In this document: positions 13,075 through 26,101 of the stretch, piece by piece
Layout: each line of letters starts with the position of its first letter
Numbering within the stretch: position 1 is the stretch's first letter
Source of the DNA: Squalus acanthias
Taxonomy: Eukaryota
Direction of reading: 5' to 3'
Assembly (NCBI GenBank): GCA_030390025.1
Contig: CM059432.1
Coordinates: 134,108,001 to 134,172,000, forward strand
DNA length: 64,000 nucleotides
Program-made: the position numbers and the translations under genes
Notes under the pieces: generated by a model
Databases searched by the model: none
What the model was told of the DNA's origin: nothing
What the model saw: the letters and a program-made list of their open reading frames with translations, nothing else

Positions 13075-15142
13075 CTACTTGTGCATTATTATTCTTTTAC
13101 GCGTGCTCCTACGTGGTGCTTCCCCTGTGGCTTCAGCAGATGTGGAGGCCCCTTGCTCACTTTCTTGCTGCTCCTGCCTCAACACCTTTGGCGGGCATCC
13201 TCTGGGGTTGCGAGCCTGTGAGGGCTCGGCAACTGTCTGCTGCTCCTACGGCTGTGCAGGGGTTGAGACGCCGATCTCAGTTGGGTGAGGACTCTGGTGG
13301 GGCTCTGACCGAGGGCTTTGCAGTGGCATGGTCGTGTGAGCGCTTGGAGAGGAGCCCCCACTTCCTTGTTGTCTGCCATCAACATCCCTCTCATGGGTCA
13401 GCCCCACCTCAGCGCTTGCAAGTGGATTGAGAGCACCTTGCTGCACATCAGGGGGGCCATGGGGACCCGTATCTGCACTGGAAGTCCTACTCAGAAGGAC
13501 TTCCATGAAGGTCTGGTTTCTGTGTTCAGTAGATGACCATCGGTCCTCAAGAGATGCCAGTCTATTCTGAACAATGACCATGTTTTCTACACTCTGGTGA
13601 CTTATCTCCTCCATAGCCGTAGCCATCCTCTCCTCTACTGTAGCCATCCTTTCCACGGAGGTTGCCATCCTTTCCGTGGTGATGCGTTCATGCGCCAATG
13701 ACTCCACAAAGGCTCTGCTCATGTTCGCTATGGACTCCTCCATTCGCTCCACACTCGCAGCGACCCTGGAGACAAAACCTGCCAGAGACTCCTGCATCTG
13801 TTACTGGAGTTCCAGCACCGCTGATCTTATGGATGGACCCAGAGGCAGAGGGTCGACATGCAGCTGAGCCGAGCTAGGAGAGTCCTGCGCCCTCCGACTA
13901 GGACTCTCCACTGCTGTCCCTGTCTCCACTATCTGCTGATGCTCACTTGTGAGCTGTGATACACCAGGTGACAACACTACTCTATCTCGCGATGTTCCCT
14001 CCGAGGTGTGAGTGTCTGCGCTGGTGCTGGGTGCGCTGAATTCTGCTGACGCGGTGCCTCAGAGGTTGCAGCTTCCTCTGAGGAGTGGTGAGGCTCATGC
14101 TCTTCCACCTGGACGGTGGGGACGGCAGCTCGCGATGGTCCTGTGGGGGAGTAAAGGAAAGAGTCAGAGATGTGAGTCCCAGGTTACATGCACATTGCAT
14201 ATTGCAGATGATCATAAGTCAGTCTGCTGGAGCATCAGAATCATTATCAGTGACTCATGCAATGTCAATGAGAGAGATGATAAACTATTTTGTCACCAGC
14301 TTGCTCTGATGCACCCATCTGTCCGTCCCCCACTTGCGCATCCTCCTCCACTCCCATGATCTCCAGGACCACCTCCTCCCAGGTGGTGAGCTGGGCTACT
14401 GAGGGTGGCCCTCCTCCTGTCCTTGCTCTTTCCCTCTTATTGTGAGCTCTCTTTTCCTGCAATGAGGGAGACAAGTAGAGTTTGCGTGAGAATGAAGGAG
14501 TGAGTGTAGAGAATCTATATCATTGATGGTTAGAAGGAGACAAATTCAGAGTGAGGTGGCAAGACCATGGGCCCTCCCTGTGTGTTGTAAGTTGTTTTCA
14601 TAGCATCACAGCGATAGGGAATGTGAGGGCTGCATAGTCGAATAGTTAGGTGAATGTGACCATACAGAGAGAGGGAATGGGTAAGGGTGCAGGGATGTCA
14701 GTGTCAAGTGGGATGTGGAGGAAGAGGTTGTCAAAGCTGAGTGCTGGTGAGGAGAGGCAATGGGGATCAGAATGAGGGTGATGGGAAATTCATACTCACT
14801 TTTCCAGTGCGCAGCAGGTCATGAAACCTCTTCCTGCACTGAAGCCAGGTTTTGCGGGTTATGGACAACGAGTTGACCTCCTCTGCCATCTGGATCCACA
14901 CAGCCTTGGTTTGATGGGAAGGCTTCTTCCTCCCTGAAGAAGTGATGATGTGGAGATGCCGGCGTTGGACTGGGGTGGACAAAAATGAGAAGTCGCACAA
15001 CACCAGGTTATAGTCCAACAGATTTATTTAATCTCCCTGAAGAAGGGAAGAGCACCTCCTTATTAGCTCTGGCTCCCTCAATTAAAGCTTGCAGGGCGAC
15101 GTCATCAAATCGAGGTGCAGACCGAGGTCTCTAGCTGGCCAT
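13075..15142 (-). pseudogene. Myb/SANT-like gene of Harbinger C, disrupted
   Basis: Homologous to 7950-9870; TAG at codon 4, a 90-bp insert in exon 1 and a further stop near 13246. Confidence 0.85.
14943..15032 (-). mobile_element. 90-bp Penelope-like short insert (family P2)
   Basis: 13-bp TSD CTCCCTGAAGAAG (14930-14942; 15033-15045); absent in B; shares GTCGCACAACACCAGGTTATAGTCCAACAG with 58206-58295. Confidence 0.75.
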
Positions 15143-15733
15143 TCTTCCTGTAGCTGCCTCTAACATGCAAAGGCAGAAGCTTGGCAGTCTGCAGAGGAAG
15201 CAAGGCTTGTTGCAGACCTTAAATGCTGCAGCAATGATGACGTCATCGGAAGCGACTTTCAGACTGGAAAAACTCACTGGCCATGGGTTCCCACACATTG
15301 GAACTCAATTGGCCAATTATGTTACAATCGCATCAATCTCCCACATCGATTTAGATTCGAGTGGCTAACACGAAATGCATATTACACGACCCCAGCCCGC
15401 CCCTGAATCAAAATTCAGCCCTCTGTCTCTTCCTGTCACACTCTGGTTATTATTTCCCCCGTCTCTATCCTGCTTTAATGTTTTCTCATTTCTCGTTGAC
15501 TTTTTAAATTCCCGCTCACCTGGATCCTCCCCCCCACTATTTAGTTTAAAGCCCTCTCTACAGCCCTAGTTATTCGATTTGCCAGGACTCTAGCCCCAGC
15601 ATGGTTCAAGTGAAGCCCATCCAAACGGAACAGCTCCCTCTTATCCCACTACTGGTGCCAGTGCCCCACAAATCGAAACCCATTTCGCCCACACCACGCT
15701 TTGAGCCACTCGTTCATTTCTCTGATCTTATTT

Positions 15734-18700
15734 ACTTGCTGAATATCTGTGTTAAATACCCATGTTGTATATCTGTGTTAAATACCCATGCTGTATATCT
15801 GTGTTAAATCCACTTGCTGTATATCTGTGTTAAATGCAATTCCCGTATATCGGTGTAAAATACCCATGTTGTACATCTGTGTTAAATACCCATGCTGTAC
15901 AACTGTGTTCAATACAATTGTTGTATATCTGTGTTGAAAACCTATGTTTTATATCTGTGTTAAATACCCATGCTTTATATCTGTCTTAAATACTCATGCT
16001 GGATATCTGTGTTAAATGCAATGCTGTATATCTGAGTTAAATACCTAAGTTGTATATCTCTGTTAAATGCAGATGTTGTATCTCTGTGTTAAATAAACAT
16101 GCTATATATCTGTGTTAAATACACTTGTTGTATATCTGTGTTAAATACCCATGTTGTATATCTGTGTTAAATACATTTGTTGTATATCGGTGTTAAATAC
16201 ACTTGTTGAATAACTGTGTTAAATACACATGTTGTATATCTGTGTTAAATACACTTGTTGTATATCTGTGTTAATATAAACTTGTTGTATATCTGCATTA
16301 AATACCCATGTTGTATATCTGTGTTAAAAGCACTTGTTGTATATCTGTGTTAAATACCCATGTTGTATATCTGTGTTAAATGCACTTGCTGTATATCTGT
16401 GTTAAATACCCATGCTGTATATCTGTGTTAAATACATTTGTTGTAGATCGGTGTTAATATAAACTTGTTGTATATCTGCATTAAATACCCATGTTGTATA
16501 TCTGTGTTAAATGCACTTGTTGTATATCTGTGTTAATATAAACTTGTTGTATATCTGCATTAAATACCCATGTTGTATATCTGTGTTAAATACCCATGTT
16601 GTATATCTGTGTTAAATTCAATTGCTGGATATCTGTGTTAAAAACATATTTTGTATATCTGTGTTAAATACACATGTTGTATATCTGTGTTAAATGCAAT
16701 TACTGTATATCTGTGTTAAATACCCATGCTGTATATCTGTGTTAAATACACATGCTGTATATCTGTTAAATACCTATTCTGTACATCTGTGTTAAATGCC
16801 CATGCTGTATATCTGTCTTAAATACCCATGCTGTATATCTGTGTTAAATGCACTTGCTGTATATCTGTGTCAAATACCCATGTTGTATATCTGTGTTAAA
16901 TACCCATGCTGTATTTCTGTGTTAAATGCACTTGTTGTATATCTGTGTTAAATATCCATGCTGTATATCTGTGTTAAATGCACTTGCTGTATATCTGTGT
17001 TAAATACCCATGTTGAATATCTGTGTTAAATACCCATGCTGTATATTTGTGTTAAATGCACTTGTTCCATATCGGTGTTACATACCCATGTTGTATATCT
17101 GTGTTAAATGCACTTGCTGTATATCTGTGTTAAATACAATTCCTGTATATCTGTGTTAAATACCCATGTTGTATATCTGTGTTAAATGCTCATGCTGTAT
17201 ATCAGTGTTAAATGCATTGCTGTATATCTGGGTTAAATACCTATGTTGTATACCTGTGTAAAATACCCATGCTTTCTATCTGTGTTAAATACCCATGCTG
17301 GATATCTGTGCTAAATGCATTGCTGTATATCTGAGTTAAATACCTATGTTGTATATCTCTGTTAAATGCACATGTTGTATACCTGTGTTAAATACATTTG
17401 CTGTATATCGGTGTTAAATACACTTGTTGAATATCTGTGTTAAATACCCATGTTGCATATCTGTGTTAATATACACTTGTTGTATATCGTTGTTAAATAC
17501 ACTTGTTGAATAACTGTGTTAAATACCCATGTTGTATATTTGTGTTAAATACACTTGTTGTATATCTGTGTTAATATAAACTTGTTGTATATCTGCATTA
17601 AATACCCATGTTGTATATCTGTGTTAAATGCACTTGTTGTATATCTGTGTTAATATAAACTTGTTGTATATCTGCATTAAATACCCATGTTGTATATCTG
17701 TGTTAAATGCCCATGTTGTATATCTGTGTTAAATTCAATTGCTGGATATCTGTGTTAAAAACATATTTTGTATATCTGTGTTAAATACACATGTTGTATA
17801 TCTGTGTTAAATGCAATTACTGTATATCTGTGTTAAATACCCATGCTGTATATCTGTGTTAAATACACGTGCTGTATATCTGTTAAATACCTATTCTGTA
17901 CATCTGTGTTAAATGCCCATGCTGTATATCTGTCTTAAATACCCATGCTGTATATCTGTGTTAAATGCACTTGCTGTATATCTGTGTCAAATACCCATGT
18001 TGTATATCTGTGTTAAATACCCATGCTGTATTTCTGTGTTAAATGCACTTGCTGTATATCTGTGTTAAATACCCATGTTGTATATCTGTGTCAAATACCC
18101 ATGTTGTATATCTGTGTTAAATACCCATGCTGTATTTTTGTGTTAAATGCACTTGTTGTATATCTGTGTTAAATATCCATGCTGTATATCTGTGTTAAAT
18201 GCACTTGCTGTATATCTGTGTTAAATACCCATGTTGTATATCTGTGTTAAATACACTTGTTGTATATCTGTGTTAAATACCCATGTTGAATATCTGTGTT
18301 AAATACCCATGCTGTATATTTGTGTTAAATGCACTTGTTCCATATCGGAGTTACATACCCATGTTGTATATCTGTGTTAAATGCACTTGCTGTATATCTG
18401 TGTTAAATACAATTCCTGTATATCTGTGTTAAATACCCATGTTGTATATCTGTGTTAAATGCTCATGCTGTATATCAGTGTTAAATGCATTGCTGTATAT
18501 CTGGGTTAAATACCTATGTTGTATACCTGTGTAAAATACCCATGCTTTCTATCTGTGTTAAATACCCATGCTGGATATCTGTGCTAAATGCATTGCTGTA
18601 TATCTGAGTTATATACCTATGTTGTATATCTCTGTTAAATGCACATGTTGTATACCTGTGTTAAATACATTTGTTGTATATCGGTGTTAAATACACTTGT

Positions 18701-21011
18701 TGAATATCTGTGTTAAATACCCATGTTGCATATCTGTGTTAATATACACTTGTTGTATATCGTTGATAAATACACTTGTTGAATAACTGTGTTAAATACC
18801 CATGTTGTATATCTGTGTTAAATACACTTGTTGTATATCTGTGTTAATATAAACTTGTTGTATATCTGCATTAAATACCCATGTTGTATATCTGTGTTAA
18901 ATGCACTTGTTGTATATCTGTGTTAATATAAACTTGTTGTATATCTGCATTAAATACCCATGTTGTATATCTGTGTTAAATACCCATGTTGTATATCTGT
19001 GTTAAATTCAATTGCTGGATATCTGTGTTAAAAACATATTTTGTATATCTGTGTTAAATACACATGTTGTATATCTGTGTTAAATGCAATTACTGTATAT
19101 CTGTGTTAAATACCCATGCTGTATATCTGTGTTAAATACACGTGCTGTATATCTGTTAAATACCTATTCTGTACATCTGTGTTAAATGCCCATGCTGTAT
19201 ATCTGTGTTAAATACACGTGCTGTATATCTGTTAAATACCTATTCTGTACATCTGTGTTAAATGCCCATGCTGTATATCTGTCTTAAATACCAATGCTGT
19301 ATATCTGTGTTAAATACACGTGCTGTATATCTGTTAAATGCCTATTCTGTACATCTGTGTTAAATGCCCATGCTGTATATCTGTCTTAAATACCCATGCT
19401 GTATATCTGTGTTAAATGCACTTGCTGTATATCTGTGTCAAATACCCATGTTGTATATCTGTGTTAAATACCCATGCTGTATTTCTGTGTTAAATGCACT
19501 TGCTGTATATCTGTGTTAAATACCCATGTTGTATATCTGTGTTAAATACACTTGTTGTATATCTGTGTTAAATACCCATGTTGAATATCTGTGTTAAATA
19601 CCCATGCTGTATATCTGTGTTAAATGCACTTGTTCCATATCGTTGTTACATACCCATGTTGTATATCTGTGTTAAATGCACTTGCTGTATATCTGTGTTA
19701 AATACAATTCCTGTATATCTGTGTTAAATACCCATGTTGTATATCTGTGTTAAATGCTCATGCTGTATATCAGTGTTAAATGCATTGCTGTATATCTGAG
19801 TTAAATACCTATGTTGTATACCTGTGTAAAATACCCATGCTTTCTATCTGTGTTAAATACCCATGCTGGATATCTGTGCTAAATGCATTGCTGTATATCT
19901 GAGTTAAATACCTATGTTGTATATCTCTGTTAAATGCACTTGTTGTATACCTGTGTTAAATACATTTGTTGTATATCGGTGTTAAATACACTTGTTGAAT
20001 ATCTGTGTTAAATACCCATGTTGCATATCTGTGTTAATATACACTTGTTGTATATCTGCGTTAAATACCCATGCTGTATATCTGTGTTAAATACACTTGT
20101 TGTATATCTGCGTTAAATACCCATGCTGTATATCTGTGTTAAATACCTATTTTGTATATCTGTGTTAAATACACATGTTGTATATCTGTGTTAAATGCAA
20201 TTGCTGTATATCTGTGTTAAATACCCATGCTGTATATCTCTGTTAAATACCCATGCTATATATCTGTGTTAAATACCCATTCTGTGTATCTGTGTTATAT
20301 GCAATTGCTATATATCTATGTTATATACCCATGCTGCATTTCTGTGTTAAATGCACTTGTTGTATATCTGTGTCTAATACCCATGTTGTACATCTGTGTT
20401 AAATACCCATGCTATATATCTGTTAAATACCCATGCTGTATATCTCTGTTAAATACCCATGCTATATATCTGTGTTAAATACCCATTCTGTGTATCTGTG
20501 TTATATGCAATTGCTTTATATGTATGTTATATACCCATGCTGCATTTCTGTGTTAAATGCACTTGTTGTATATCTGTGTCTAATACCCATGTTGTACATC
20601 TGTGTTAAATACCCATGCTATATATCTGTGTTAAATACCCATTCTGTGTATCTGTGTTATATGCAATTGCTATATATCTATGTTATATACCCATGCTGTA
20701 TATCTGTGTTAAATGCACTTGCTGTATATCTGTGTTAAATACCCATGTTGCATATCTGTGTTAAATGCACTTGTTGAATATCTGTGTTAAATACACATGT
20801 TGTATATCCGTGTTAAATACACTTGCTGTATATCTGTGTTAAATGCCCATGTTGTATATCTATGTTAAATACACTTGTTGTATATCTGTGTTAAATACAC
20901 TTGCTGTATATCTGTGTTAAATACATTTGTTGTATATCTGTGTTAAATACACTTGTTGAATATCTGTGTTAAATACACATGTTGTATATCTGTTTTAAAT
21001 GCACTTGTTGT
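15734..21011. repeat. 26-bp satellite block with ~1.1-1.3-kb higher-order repeats
   Basis: Same unit; the rare string TTCAATTGCTGGATATCTGTGTTAAAAACATATTTTG recurs at 16617, 17734 and 19007. Confidence 0.96.
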
Positions 21012-22912
21012 TGTAAGTTTCATGGAACAGTTTGGCCCAGTGGTAAGGGCATGAAACGGTTATACTTCGAGGCACAGAAAAGGTGCCAGTCATCAAAGTC
21101 TGCAGTTCTTGGAGAACACATTGATACTGGACAATGAAAGCTTTGACTCATGATTAACTCTGAAAAGGACATTGACATTGAATTGTGAGGCCTTGAATCA
21201 TGATTGTTTTTGATGGGAAAAATTAACATCTGGACAATGCTCTGAGTTTAACTGAAACAATGGGGGTCATGATCGACTTCCTGACATGAATGGAAGATAC
21301 ACAAGTCCCGAGCAGTCAATCAGCCAACCGCCCATCAACAGTAATGGAAATCACATTCAATATGCGTTACAGAAAGCGGGAGAGGAGATAAGGAGTTATC
21401 TTTGATCTCACAACTCTGTACACCTCCGGTGATTGAGTTACAGGTTGACGAGGTGTGAATGTCGGACAGTTCAGCAAACCGACAACCGAAACTGGTTGGA
21501 GGAAGGCCCAGCATGGGGCCAGGTGACTAAAAGAATTTTAAGAAGGAACACACCACAGCTCTCTCTCTTTCGCTCGGAAGCTCTCGTTCGGAAGCACTCT
21601 CTCTCGGAAGCTAGCTCTGACTACAGCAACTGCCAGGTGTAAGAAGGAAGGGAAGACGGTCATCTCCAGCTCCCAGCCTGCAATCGACGTCGGTCACGAC
21701 GAACCGGACGGGTAATTGTAAGTATCAGTTGACTCTACAAGGGGTTGGCGCTGTGTAGGCAGCTGCAGTCAGATAAAGGAGGACAGGGGACAGGTCATAT
21801 CCGATCCAGGCCTACAATCCACAACGGTAACGACCGGCCGGATGGGTGATTGTAAGTTTCAGCCAAATCTAAACAGGGTTTTGTCTGTATTTTGTTGGTT
21901 TTAATAAACTAAGGGGTAAAAATTCAGTTGGTTGCGCCTCCCGTTAGCGCCTTAAGAGGGCACTAATGGGGCGCAAAGCCGCTAACGCCCGGGCGCAGCG
22001 ATGTTTGCGCCGCTCGGGAACTTAACTTGAGATTGTGCGGTGGCGCTAAACTTTACCGCTGCGACCACCTGCGCGCGCAGATTGTGACGTCATTCCATGG
22101 TGCAACGCCCTTGTGGCGCCCCGGAGCGGAAATTGAGTGGCGCCCCCTGCCTTACCGCCTGGCGCATCCAACGACCAGAAGACTGGAACGATATCAATCA
22201 CTGTGGGGCTGGGGGGGGCGCTATTTAAAGGGGGCCTCTTCCTGTCTTTTATTGTTGGTGGCATTTTTGAACTGCGCATTCTGAGAGAGAGAGGGAGAGA
22301 CTTCTGGAGAGATTCAACGTTGTGTGAAGGAGTTTTGGGTACTGAGCAGCACTTTGCAGGTTCATTTTGATTTGCCATTCCTTGTATCGATTTAGCAGAG
22401 ACTGTGGGAGCTGCACTCTGAGCTCTTTGCCTGGTACTCTCCATTGTTCTTTCCAGCACATTTGATGTGCAAGTCTCTCCAGGCCGAGATTCAAGGCTGC
22501 AATGAACAGGATGTGGATGGAAAGCAAGATTAACCATCCCCTTTAAGAACTGGCCCGTGCCATTGTGTGTGTGTTCCATTGCTGACTGACATTACATGAG
22601 CTTCGCCAGCGCTCTGAGGTAGCGCCTCACTCCTTGGCCTTTGCGCCTTAAGACAGGTGTGCAGCGCCTGATTTAGCGCTCCACTCACCTCCCGGGGCGG
22701 TAAAAGTGAAGTTTCCAGTCAGTGCCGATAATTAGCGCCAGGCGCTAATATTTGCGTCCAGACGATATTTGCGCCCCAAATGGGGCGCGACCTAATTTTT
22801 CCCCCTAACAGTTTTCGGTTGAACCTAAACCTTTGAGTCGTCTACCATTTTGTTCCTGTAAAACCCAGAGTCAAAGAACCCTTGTAAGGACGAGGAAACC
22901 AAACACCTTACA
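21012..22912 (+). mobile_element. Probable solo LTR (~1.0 kb once the nested MITE is removed)
   Basis: TGTAAG...CTTACA terminal inverted repeat (TG...CA), near-perfect 4-bp TSD TTGT/TTGC, AATAAA at 21903, no coding capacity. Confidence 0.75.
21913..22805. mobile_element. 893-bp Harbinger MITE (family Y), copy 2, nested in the solo LTR
   Basis: TIR GGGGTAAAAATT / GGGGGAAAAATT, TSD TAA; termini nearly identical to 25590-29735. Confidence 0.94.
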
Positions 22913-25580
22913 TTGCATATCTCTGTTAAATGCACTTGTATATCTGTGTTAAATACCCATGCTCTATATCTGTGTTAAATACACTTGCTGTATATCTGTG
23001 TTAAAAACCCATGTAGTATATCTGTGCTAAATGCAATTGCTGTATATTTGTGTTAAATACCCATGCTGTATATCTGTGTTAAATGCAATTGCTGTATATC
23101 TGTGTTAGATACCCATGTTGTATATCTGTGTTAAATACCCAGTCTGTATATCTGTGTTAAATACCCATGCTGTATATCTGTGCTAAATGCACTTGTTATA
23201 TATCTGTGTTAAATACCAATACTGTATATCTGTGTTAAATACACTCGCTGAATAACTGTGTTCGATGCAATTGCTGTATATCTGTGTTAAATACCCATGT
23301 TGTATACCTGTGATAAATACAGATGATGTATATCTAGGTTAAATACCCATGCTGTATATCTGTGTTAAATGCATTTGTCCTTTTTTGTGTGTTAAATCCC
23401 CATGTTTTATATCTGTGTTAAATACCCACGTTGTTTCTCTGTGTTAAATACCCCTGTTGTATTTCTGTGTTAAAAACACATGCTCTATATCTGTGTTAAA
23501 TAGACTTGCTGTATATCTGTGTTAAATACACTTGTTGTATATCATTGTTCAATGCACATGTTGTATATCTGTGTTAAATGCACTTGCTGTATACCTGTAC
23601 GATAGCAAAATACTGCGGATGCTGGAAATCTGAAATAACAACAGAAAACGCTGGAAAAACTCAGCAGGCCAGGCAGCATCCGTGGAGAGAGAAAGAGAGT
23701 TAACGTTTCAGGTTGATTATCTGTGTTAAATACCAATGTTGTATATCTGTGTTAAATGCAATTGTTGGATATCTTTGTTAAATCCATATTTTGTATATCT
23801 GTGTTAAATACCCATGTTGTATAGCTGTGTTAAATACCCATGCTCTATACCTGTGTTAAATGTAATTGGTGTATAACTGTGTTAGATGAAATTGCTGTAT
23901 ATCTGTGTTAAACAAACTTGTTGTATATCTGCATTAAATACCCATGCTGTATATCTATGTTAAATACACCTGCTGTATATCTGTGTTAAATGCACATGTT
24001 GCATATCTGCGTTAAATTCCCATGCTATATATCTGTGTTAAATGCACCTGCTGTTTTTCAGTGTTAAATCCCCACGCTGTATATCTGTGATAAATGCACT
24101 TGTATATCTGTGTTAAATAACCATGGTGTATATCTGTGTTAAATGCACTTGTTGTATATCTGTGTTAAATACCCATGCTGTATATCTGTGTTAAATGCTA
24201 TTGCTGTTTATCTGTGTGTAATACCCATGTTGTATATCTGTGTTAAATACCCATGTTTTGTATCTATGTTAAAAAGCTTTGCTGTATTTTTGTGTTAAAT
24301 AAATTTGTTGTATCTCTGTGTTAAATTTCCATGCTATATATCTGTTTTAAATGTAATTGCTGTATAGCTGTGTTAAATAACCTTGCTACATATCTGTGTT
24401 AAATACCCATGTTGCATATATGTGTTAAATGCATTTGCTGTATATCTGTGTTAAATTCCCACGCTGTATATCTGTATTAAATGCAATTGCTGTAGATCTA
24501 TGTTAAATACCCATGGTGTATATCTGTGTTCAATACACTTGTTCTTTTTATATGTTCAATACCCATGCTGTATATCTGTGTCAAATACACTTGTTGTATA
24601 TCTGTGTTAAATACACTTGTTGTATATCTGCGTTAAATACCCATGGTGTATATCAGTGTTAAATACCCATGTTGTAAATCTGTGTTAAATACCCATGCTG
24701 TATATCTGTGTTAAATGCACTTGCTGTATAACTGTGTTAAATACACTTGTTGTATATCTGCGTTAAATACCCATGGTGTATATCTGTGTTAAATAACCAT
24801 GCTGTATATCTGTGTTAAATGCAATTTCTGTATATCTGTGTTAAATACCCATGTTGTATGTCTGTGTTAAATACCTCTGTTGTTTATCTGTGTTAAATAC
24901 CCATGCTGTATATCTGTGTTAAATACCTATGTTGTATATCTGTGTTAAATACCCATGTTTTGTATCTATGTTAAAAAGCTTTGCTGTATTTTTGTGTTAA
25001 ATGCATTTGTTGTATCTCTGTGTTAAATTTCCATGCTGTACATCTGTGTTAAATACACTTGCTGTATATCTGTGTTAAATACCCTTGCTGTATATCTGTG
25101 TTTAATACCCTTGCTGTATATCTGTGTTAAAGACCCATGTTGTATATATGTGTAAAATATCCATGCTGTATATCTGTGTTAAATGCACTTGCTGTATAAC
25201 TGTGTTCGATGCAATTGCTGTATATCTATGTTAAATACCCATGCTGTATATCTGTGTACAATACACTTGTTCTATTTCTGTGTTAAACACCCATGTTGTA
25301 TATCTGTGTTAAATACCCATGCTGTATATCTGTGTTAAATGCATTTGCTGTGTAACTGTGTTCGATGTAATTGCTGTATATCTGTGTCAAATACACTTGT
25401 TGTATATCTGTGTTAAATACACTTGTTGTATATCTGCGTTAAATACCCATGCTGTATATCTGTGTTAAATACACTTGTTGTATATCTGCATTAAATACCC
25501 ATGCTGTATATCTGTGTTGAATGGACTTGCTGTATATCTGTGTTAAATACACATGTTGTATATCTGTGTTAAATGCACTT
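22913..25580. repeat. 26-bp satellite block
   Basis: Same unit; one short insert at 23599-23717. Confidence 0.96.
23599..23717 (-). mobile_element. ~119-bp Penelope-like short insert (family P1)
   Basis: Contains the 76-bp sequence seen at 12418-12493; imperfect flanking repeat TACCTGT/TATCTGT. Confidence 0.7.
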
Positions 25581-26101
25581 AGAGTCATAGGGGTAAAAAT
25601 TCAGTTGGTTGCGCCTCCCGTTAGCGCCTTAAATGGGCGCTAATGGGGCGTTAAGGCGCTAACGCCCGGGCGCAGCGCTGTTTGCGCCGCTCGAGAACTT
25701 AACTTGAGATTGTGCGGCGGCGCTAAAACTTACCGCTGCGACCACCTGCGCGCGCAGATTGTGACGTCATTCCGTGGTGCAACGCCCTTGGGGCGCCCCG
25801 GAGCGGAAATTGAGTGGCGCCCCCTGCCTTACCGCCTGGCGCTTCCAACGACCGGAAGACTGGAACGTTATCAATCGGTGTGGGGCTGGGGGGGGCGCTA
25901 TTTAAAGGGGGCCTCTTCCTGTCTTTTTCTGTGGTCGACATTTATGCACCACTCGTTCTGAGAGAGAGAGAGAGATTCGGAGAGAGAGAGAGAGAGACTT
26001 CTACATTGACTCAACGCTTTGTGAGGTAGTTTTGCCTAGTTCATCCTAACTTTGCTGCTACTTTCGTTGCTGTACCTCATTACTTTTCTGGCAAAGAGAA
26101 T

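Larger units (their letters stand above)
11989..15421. mobile_element. Harbinger transposon C, internally deleted relative of B in inverted orientation
   Basis: TIRs GGGCAGAATTTTCATT / GGGCTGAATTTTGATT, TSD TCT; colinear reverse-complement homology to 7672-11914; about 1 kb of transposase missing near 12760. Confidence 0.93.
3896..15733 (-). mobile_element. CR1 LINE #1, 5'-truncated within ORF1, carrying three nested Harbinger insertions
   Basis: ATAAGAAC-type tail at 3896; RT motifs ([27 protein letters not shown]); APE domain (ITETWL, GGGVAL, YRPP); ORF1 esterase remnant DGLHLNHAG near 15600; possible TSD ACTT. Confidence 0.95.
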
